This document shows, one piece after another, positions 20,068 through 29,546 of a stretch of DNA of 29,546 bases; positions within the stretch are counted from its first letter, which is position 1; every line of letters starts with the position of its first letter. This DNA is from Paramoeba atlantica. Its lineage: Eukaryota; Protista; Discosea. The notes beneath the pieces are model-generated. The model worked only from the letters and a program-made list of their open reading frames with translations, was not told where the DNA came from and did not search any database. Where the stretch lies: contig CDRNVI010000162.1 in assembly GCA_977017575.1 (NCBI GenBank), positions 1 to 29,546 of the forward strand, read 5' to 3'. A program made the position numbers and the translations under genes.

Positions 20068-22298
20068 TTAAACTTAAATTAAAATTAAAATTTAAAAGTT
20101 TTAAAACTATAAATATAAATTTATAACTTATTAATCATTGAAATTAAAAAAAATTAATTTCGAAATGATTTAAAAAGTATAAAAATTAAAAATTTAAAAG
20201 TTTAAAATTTAAAATTAAAATTTAAATTTATTTTTAGTCGATAAATTATGTTTACCCAATTAATAATTTATGTCTAAAAATTAGCAAGAAACAAGAATAA
20301 AATTAAAATCAAAATTTAACAATTTTAAAACTATAAATATAAATTTATAACTTACTAATCATTGAAATTAAAAAAAGTAATTTCAAAATGATTTAAAAAG
20401 TATAAATTAAAAATTTAAAAGTTTAAAATTTAAAATTAAAATTTAAATTTATTTTTAGTCGATAAATTATGTTTACCCAATTAATAATTTATGTCTAAAA
20501 ATTTTTACAAAATTAGCAAAAGTAATAAATTAAAATTAAAATTTAAAAGTTTTAAAAGTATAAATTAGCTGGTACAAAAATGGTAAGTTTCTCTGCCGGA
20601 AATCCACCGAAAAGACGGTTTTTCCGGCGCAAACTCCAATTTTGTTACCAACCGGTACAAAAAGGGTAGTCTCCCTGCCGGAAATCCACCGAAAAGACGG
20701 TTTTTCCGGAGGGAACTCCCATTTTGTTACCTATAATTTATAACTTACTAATCATTGAAATTAAAAAAAATAATTTCGAAATGATTTGAAAAGTATAAAT
20801 TAAAAATTTAAAAGTTTAAAATTTAAAATTAAAATTTAAATTTATTTTTAGTCGATAAATTATGTTTACCCAATTAATAATTTATGTCTAAAAATTTTAA
20901 AGCACAAAATTAAAATTAAAATTTAAAAGTTTTAAAACTATAAATATAAATTTATAACTTACTAATCATTGAAATTAAAAAAAATTAATTTCGAAATGAT
21001 TTGAAAAGTATAAATTAAAAATTTAAAAGTTTAAAATTTAAAATTAAAATTTAAATTTATTTTTAGTCGATAAATTATGTTTACACAATTAATAATTTAT
21101 GTCTAAAAATTTTAAAGAATAAAATTAAAATTAAAATTTAAAAATTTTAAAACTATAAATATAAATTTATAACTTACTAATCATTGAAATTAAAAAAAAT
21201 AATTTCGAAATGATTTGAAAAGTATAAATTAAAAATTTAAAAGTTTAAAATTTAAAATTAAAATTTAAATTTATTTTTAGTCGATAAATTATGTTTACAC
21301 AATTAATAATTTATGTCTAAAAATTTTAAAGAATAAAATTAAAATTAAAATTTAAAAATTTTAAAACTATAAATATAAATTTATAACTTACTAATCATTG
21401 AAATTAAAAAAAATAATTTCGAAATGATTTGAAAAGTATAAATTAAAAATTTAAAAGTTTAAAATTTAAAATTGAAATTTAAATTTATTTTTAGTCGATA
21501 AATTATGTTTACACAATTAATAATTTATGTCTAAAATTTTAATTAAATAATTTTATTAAACTTTTTTTTATTTACTTTAGCTACTTGAACACTACAGTTC
21601 GCTAAACTAAATCTAAAAGATTAATTAAAAATTATAAAAATTAAAAAATAAAAAACACAAAGAATAAAATTAAAATTAAAATTTAAAAGTTTTAAAACTA
21701 TAAATATAAATTTATAACTTACTAATCATTGAAATTAAAAAAAATTAATTTCGAAATGATTTGAAAAGTATAAATTAAAAATTTAAAAGTTTAAAATTTA
21801 AAATTAAAATTTAAATTTATTTTTAGTCGATAAATTATGTTTACCCAATTAATAATTTATGTCTAAAAATTTTAAAGAACAAAATTAAAATTAAAATTTA
21901 AAAGTTTTAAAACTATAAATATAAATTTATAACTTACTAATCATTGAAATTAAAAAAAATTAATTTCGAAATGATTTGAAAAGTATAAATTAAAAATTTA
22001 AAAGTTTAAAATTTAAAATTAAAATTTAAATTTATTTTTAGTCGGTAAATTATGTTTACACAATTAATAATTTATGTCTAAAAATTTTAAAGAACAAAAT
22101 TAAAATTAAAATTTAAAAGTTTTAAAACTATAAATATAAATTTATAACTTACTAATCATTGAAATTAAAAAAAATTAATTTCGAAATGATTTGAAAAGTA
22201 TAAATTAAAAATTTAAAAGTTTAAAATTTAAAATTAAAATTTAAATTTATTTTTAGTCGATAAATTATGTTTACCCAATTAATAATTTATGTCTAAAA
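20068..22298 (+). repeat. AT-rich ~215-bp tandem array, copy 2
   Basis: Corresponds to 5200-7430 at +14868. Confidence 0.95.
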
Positions 22299-25200
22299 AC
22301 TAAAGAACAAGCATAGTTTAGTCTTATTCCGTGTTAAGTCCTCAACCCTTAAGTCGGACTTGTCACTACATTTTATATTCTAACTTTATTTACTTAAAAT
22401 TAACCTAAGAATAAATTTTAGAGTATAAAGCTGAATATATTCCACTGACCCTCGACCTAGTTCATTTTTATCTTTACTTATTTTTATTTTCACAAGCACT
22501 TTTACAAGAATAGTTTAGTTTAATTCCGTGTTAAATCCTCAATCCTTAAGTCGGATTTGTCACTCCATATACGATCAAACTTTATTTACTTAAATTTTTA
22601 CAAAGATAGTAAAATTAAAAGTATAAAGATGATCTAGCTCACCAGTTTTATTTAAATTAAAATCTTACACAATGATTTTATATTTATAAACTACTCGCTT
22701 CCATCGACCCTCGACCTAGTTCATTTTATCTTTACTTATTTTTATTTTCCAATATTACAGGCATTTCTTGCATAAACTCGCGTTTAAATGTGATCTTATA
22801 ATAATTTTAGTTTTTTCTTAACAAAACCTATAAATATTATCCAAAATAAAAAATTTAATTTGATAATATTGAGGTTTTTTAAGCACAAAATTAATAAAGT
22901 CACTTTAAACGGCGATTTTTGGAATTTTAGTTTTCTTAGAAAAAACATATAATATTCTCCTAAATAAAAATTTTAATTTGATAATATTGATGTTTTTTTA
23001 AACACAAAATTCACGGTTCGAACCCTTTTTGTGCACTTTTTTTGGAATTTTACCACTTTTTTCCACTTTTTTTCACTTTTTTTGTCATTTTTGCGTCAAA
23101 AAATGATTAAAAAGCAGTTAAAAATAGGGAAAAAGGGCAAAAATACGACACTTTTGAGCATAAAACAAAAAAATATGCCAACGTGTCAAAAACGTGCACC
23201 AAAGTCACTCAAGAGTGACAGGTCATTTTCCGACAAAGGAAAATTCCCTAAAAAAAAACTACCAGGTGTCGAACCCCTCAAGAAATGCTGTAATATTATT
23301 TTTTTTGCCTTCAAGATCTGGAGATCATTCATTTTTATTCTAAAGACCATCGCTTTTCGCTGTTTCGACGAAGTCAAAGCCGTTTTGCTACCTTTTTTAA
23401 TCACCTGTTTTTAATTTCTAACTTTTTTGTACCAAAGACCCCCCATTTTTCCACAAAAGAGTGCAAAAAAAAAACGGGCTCTTGGACAAGCAGTTGAAAA
23501 GTCACAGTTTTTTACTAAAAAGGTAGGAAAAAGGCACGAAAAACGACGAAAAATGAAAGAAATCCAGAAAAAACGCCAAAAAAATAATAAAACAGCATGT
23601 TTTTTGTGATTTTATGTCAAATTTCCACCATAAAACGTTGCAACACCACAAATTTCTAAAAAAAATTTGAAATTATTTGTGCTTGTCTTACGTTTTGGCT
23701 GGTGCAATTTATCATAATCGAACAAAAAACAAAAAAATTTTTCACTGATTTTTGGCGACCCGACGTTTTCGGGGCAAAAAAATACGCCAAAAAATCAAAA
23801 CGTAGAAAATAAAAAAATTTGGTCTACGTTTCCTGAAGGCGTGAAAAAATTTTATCAAAAAAAATTTTTTTTTTCTCGAGCAAACGAGAAAAATCAAAAA
23901 AAAAATTGACAGGCCGTTTTGTGATGATTTTAATTTTTTGCAATTTTGGAACCACGACGATTCCTGAAGTCAATCGCAAAAACCGTTCCAAAATAATTAA
24001 AATTTCACCAAAAATCTCGAAATGCTCAATCCCATGGTGACCCCTGGGTTTTTTGATGCATACGAAATTTTTTTTTTTGTATCTTCGGCAGGCGATTTTC
24101 GAAGATAATGAATTTTTCTCTTCTTGGCCTGGAGCCGCAAATCGTGGATTTCGACCGCGGTTCCGTTTTTTTCAAAACTAAAAAAATCTTTATTTGCACG
24201 GCAAAACTCGTATTGACAATTTCTCTTATCAGGCTTTTCCTTGATAAAGCCGAGAAATTTAAATCGAATCACGGCAAAATCTGAGATTTTGAAACAAAAT
24301 GCCTGTGAACGATTTCAATAGTTTTTGTGCAACTCTAAAAAATTTTTTAAGTCCAAAGAAACATTTTTTATTGGGAAATTAGCAGTAATTTTTGTATCAC
24401 CTAAAAAAACGCCTCGCGCGTCCGTATACGGGACACATATGTGCGCTCGCGTGCGCGTATGACGTGCGTCTACTACTTTTCCTTTAATTCTGCGCCTCTC
24501 ATTCGACTTTTCGCCTAACAACGGGATAGGGACAAAAAAGTGACTTGGTCTCCAGATCAAAAAATCTGGAAGTCTTTTTTGCACCCGTGTTTTCGAGAAA
24601 TCTTTGATAATCGCAGACTTAAAAAGGAAAAAAAAGACATCGCGAGGTGATCAAAAAAATTACAAGCCAATCAATAACAAAATGACGAAAAATCCGCAAA
24701 AACGGACTGTCACCAATTTTTATACTTTAAAATTTTAACACCCAAAAAACCCCTGTTTTCTCGTGCTTGCACACAAGTTTATACACAAAAAAATGTAAAC
24801 TTGATGAAGCAATTTTCGAGAAACCCGAGTTTTTAGTGTTTATAAAATTTCAAATAATTCCCAAATAACCCAACTTTTTTTTACAATTTTCTGTGGAAAA
24901 ATAACTGCAGACACTCGAAAATATTCTGTAAAAAAACAGTAAATTTTCCTATGAGCTCTCAGTTATTTTCCAACAGAGAATTACTAAAAAAAGTAAGGGC
25001 ATTTTAGGAATTAAAAACAATAAAAAATCTTCAAATAAAAGCGTTTTTGATGGAAGAATGATAAATTTATACTTTATATATAATATTTTTTACCATATTT
25101 AATTACAAAAATAATTTAAAATATAGTTTATAAATATTATTAAAAAGTATAAATAATCTCATTCACCCTCAATAAAATTCGTATTTCATAGAAATACCTC

Positions 25201-26595
25201 CTGCCCGAAAAAGCGCCAAAAAGCGCTTGTTCCGGCGGAAATTCGTCCACAGTTCCCTGTTTTTACACGATTCTGTTGGAAAATGACGGTAACACCAAAA
25301 GAGGTCCGTCATACCTAACAGAAACGGCAAAACAGGAAATGTTAAACATTTTTCCGCCGGAAAATACGTCTTTTTATCATTTTCTCGGCAGGAAATTGGG
25401 AGTCCCTTTTTAACACGATTCTGTTGGAAAATGACAGTGTAAGTCGGTAAAAAAACCTTCCTCACTTCTATTCCCAACAAAAACGGTTAAAAATGGGGTT
25501 TTAAAAATCCCAATTCCTCCGTAGAAAATCGCAAAAAAAGACTCTTTTCTGGCGTAGGAGACTCAACTGCCTGGAACACGATTCTCTTGGAAAATAGCAG
25601 TGATTAGTAACATTGGATTTTGAGCCAAAAAGCATCAAATCCATTAGTTTACAATCACTGTTAATTTCCAACAGAAACGGTCCGTCTTCTCGCCCCGAAT
25701 TTTGTATAAAAAACGCTTTAAATAAGAGAATTTTTATTCGTTTTATATCAAAATTTATTTTTTATTTTTAGTCGATAAATTATGTTTACCCAATTAATAA
25801 TTTATGTCTAAAAATTCAAAAAATTGAAATTAAAATTAAAATTTAAAAATTCTAAAACTATAAATATAAATTTATACTTGATATATAATATTTTTTACCA
25901 TATTTAATTACAAAAATAATTTAAAATATAGTTTATAAATATTATTAAAAAGTATAAATTAAAAATTTAAAAGTTTAAAATTTAAAATTAAAATTTAAAT
26001 TTATTTTTAGTCGATAAATTATGTTTACCCAATTAATAATTTATGTCTAAAAATTTAAAGGACAAAATTAAAATTAAAATTTAAAATTATATATAATATT
26101 TTTTACCATATTTAATTACAAAAATAATTTAAAATATAGTTTATAAATATTATAAAATTTAAAATTAAAATTTAAATTTATTTTTAGTCGATAAATTATG
26201 TTTACTCAATTAATAATTTATGTCTAAAAAAAGAAAAAATAAAAAGAGCAAGCGAAAAAGCAAGACAAAAATAAAAAGCACGGCAATTCCTGCTAAGATT
26301 TCTACGAAATTCAAGCAGTAAGATCATGATAAGATTTCTACGAAATTCAATCATGAAGCATACACTATAGTGTATGCAAATTATTACAAAAATAATAATT
26401 TTAAAATTTTTTCTTCGAAATTCAAAGAAGAATTTACTTGAAAAAAAATAAATTTCTATGTTTACATAGGGGATGTAAACTGAAATTTATAATTATATTT
26501 CGTTGAATTAAGAGAATAATTAAACGAAACTGTTACTCGGCAAAAATAAGGGAATTTTTGAGTAACAGACCGTTCAAATTGAAAACAAAAAAACA

Positions 26596-26735
26596 ATTTG
26601 CACGGCAATTCTTGGGGTTTTTACGCCTCACGGCTTCGTGATCGGATAAAGAGCAGGAGCGAGAGCAAGAGTTTGTAGGCGGTAGATGATATAGGTGTTC
26701 CCGGTGCGAGTTTATTTTTTCTCTATATTCCTTAG
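26596..26735 (+). CDS. rps12: Probable rps12 cryptogene, copy 2
   Basis: Corresponds to 11728-11867 at +14868. Confidence 0.55.
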
Positions 26736-26737
26736 TT

Positions 26738-26978
26738 GTGGCAATTTGGGATAGCGAAGTAAAATTTTTAAAGTTTGCTATCGACAATTGCTCTTCTCTT
26801 TTTTATTTTGCCGCACATCGCTAATTGATCCCAATAGACGATTGCATTAAGAAAGGATCGTTAACTTCACTATATGAACAGACATAAGATTCAGTAAGAT
26901 CCATTCATATCTCTCTGCTTCTTTTAATGGCCTGTAGCATACTCCCCATTTCCACAATCCGTATGCGCTCAGACCTAT
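26738..26978 (+). rRNA. Possible LSU rRNA fragment, copy 2
   Basis: Corresponds to 11870-12110 at +14868. Confidence 0.3.
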
Positions 26979-29546
26979 ATACCCGCGCCTCGTCGCGTGT
27001 GTAAGGCGTGCGCGAGATCATCGCTCACGCCGGCGCGCGTGTCCGAGTTCAGCAAGGATTTTTGCTAAAATCCGGGGGAGCTGAATCTTCTTACGCTCGC
27101 GCGAGAAAATTTTTCCAACAAAATTAATTTTCTCGTTTACGTCAAAAATCCTACAGACCAAAATTTACTCTTTCAAATTTCCCAAAAAAAAGAAATGTAA
27201 GGTATGCCGTTTTCCGAGTGAAGGGTCTACCGGAAAGTTGGCGCCTTATCTTTCTTTTTTTGTATAATTTTTAAGGCATTTTGGTGCCAGAGATTTTTGA
27301 CAGAATTCCTGAACTCCCACGCAGGGATACGTACGCGATCGAATGACGCGCGTGAGAAGTTTTTTTTGTAGGAAGGTGACTGGCCCAAAAAAGCGGCACG
27401 CGGGCCAAGTCATTTTCCAACAAAAAAATCCATTCGCGCGCGCAGGATCCCTAACGCGGCCGGATCGTGCACGCGAGTATCCCTGAAAATTTGCACGATT
27501 TTATTGGAAAATTAGCAGTGTAAAAGTGGTCAAAAAAAGACTCACATTCACTGCTGATTTCCAGTAAAAACGGCAATTCGTGCGCCCTATTGGAAAACTG
27601 ATAGTGCGTGGCTGTCAAAAAAGCCTGCCATCACTGTCACATTTCCTATAGTAGTTCAGTATTTTGCATGATTTTGTAGGAAAAATAACAGTGCGTAAAT
27701 TTTTATTATTCACGATTTTATTGGAAAAATAACACTACGAAAGCGATTCAAAAAAATTCGCATCAGTGTTAAATTTCCAACAAAAACGGAATAAATAAAA
27801 TTACATCCCTGTTAATTTTCCAACACAAACAGCAAAATAAAGGCACTATTTTGTTGGAAAATAACAGTGAATTTTCACACGATGCTCTTGGAAAAATTAC
27901 AGTGAGAAAAAAATAAGACTCACTGATTTTTCCAATAGCAAACGGTTCCAATACTGATAAATTTCCAACAAAACATACAAAAAAAAGTGAAAAAATTGCA
28001 AATTTCCCAAATATCGGAAGTTTTACTAGATTATCTGTTGGAAATTTAACGGGTACCCTCCGAAAAAACGCCGGGTCGACTCCGTTAGTTTTCCTACAGT
28101 CAGTAACCCTTCCTGCAAAAAAAATCGCCACCCCCGAATAAAGAATCGAATTGGCGAATTTCTTTGTGGGAAAATTAGCAGTAAAATTTTCATGTTACAA
28201 TCATAAAAATGCAATAGAAAAAATTCCTTACAGGAAAATACACGGCAAAAATTGATTCCCAAATTTTTAGCCTGTGCCGGAAATTTTCTTCGTCGCTCGA
28301 TTTGTTTCGGAGGCAAAAAACGAAACAAAAACGAAAATTCTACTGTAGATTTTCCTGTAAGGAAATTTTCTATTTTACATTTACAAATCCGTCAATCAGG
28401 ATTTAGATTGTAAATCAAAATTTAAAATTTTTCCACACTTAATTTTTTCACTAAACTGTTGGAAAAATGACTGTAAAAAAAATTAACAAAAATAAATTTT
28501 TTTTCTAAAAACACAGTCAATTTTACAATACAGCTAAGGGAAAAAATTAACAAGGTTTTGAAACTCTCATCAGTAAATGTAACTGTAAATGACCTATTTT
28601 TTTATCACGTTTTTGTGTAGGAAAATTATCGCTAAAAGGCTTATAAAAAAATAACCCAATTTATAGCGTTAAGTTTCCAACAAAACGGATCAAAAAAAAG
28701 ATACATACCAGTTAATTTTCCTGATAAGAGAGCAAAACCTAAATCTATTTACACGATTTTTGTTGGCAAAATCACAGTGCATGATTTTATATCTATCACG
28801 ATTTTATTGGAAACATAACACTATGAAAGCGATTCAAACAAATTCGCATCAGTGTTAAATTTCCAAAAAAAACGGATCCACATAAAATACAAGCACAGTA
28901 GAAATTCCAACAAAAAACGGAAAACGATAAATTTTTTTGCACGATTTTATTGGAAAATGTAGTTATCATAAATTTTTACTATTCACGATTTTATTGGAAA
29001 AATAACACTACGAAAGCGATTTAAAAAAATTCGCATCAGTGTTAAATTTCCAACAAAAACGGAATAAATAAAAATAAACGATACTAACAAATTTCCAATA
29101 AATAACGGCAAAAGAAAAGGCTTTTTTGGTCCATTTTGTTGGATAAACGACAGTGTCTTGATTTATTTTAGTTTCCCGCACGATTTCTTGGAAAAATCAC
29201 AGAAAACGGCCTGCAAACATAAATCAATTACAGTCAATTTCCCAACAAAATACAAAAAACCCGTTTAATCTTATATAAAACGCCGGAAGTTTTTCAACTT
29301 TTTAGATTTTAATGTCTCCGAAAAACGCCCAAAAACAGGCTGTCGACGAAAATCTCCTACGTTTTCTACCGCGCGGACGTGTCAGATTAAACCCTATTAT
29401 GACGAACGGATGCGCGATCGCGCGCACGCTGTGCACGTTCGTGTTAGGATTTCTAAACCTATAAATCTTAATCCAAAGGAGGATTTTTGAAATCCTAACG
29501 GTGAGCATACGGCAATTTTTTACATGGAACTCGAAAAATACGGTTC

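Larger units (their letters stand above)
14869..29546. repeat. 14,868-bp unit, copy 2 (corresponds to 1-14678; truncated by window end)
   Basis: Collinear with copy 1 at a constant offset of 14868; no differences seen in the parts compared by eye. Confidence 0.97.

Overview
The window is two head-to-tail copies of one 14,868-bp unit (1-14868 and 14869-29546; the second lacks the last 190 bp). This is most simply a circular molecule read or assembled twice. The unit is AT-rich and about 90% non-coding repeats and hairpins. It looks like a mitochondrial chromosome of a kinetoplastid-like euglenozoan (TGA=Trp). Its coding content is hidden from the ORF track because the genes are U-insertion/deletion cryptogenes. 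cox3 (3783-~4520) has an unedited core, a small 5' frameshift edit and a pre-edited 3' domain. cox2 (~4551-~5010) has an unedited middle, a pre-edited 5' end and a pre-edited C-terminal half containing the whole CuA site. A probable pan-edited rps12 lies at ~11728-11867, followed by a possible rRNA fragment. No cox1, cob or nad gene was recognised and atp6 had only one weak hint, which points to a multipartite 'maxicircle'. Reference proteins were compared from memory of trypanosomatid and E. coli sequences, and all edited readings are manual reconstructions that need RNA data. The organism cannot be named from the sequence alone.
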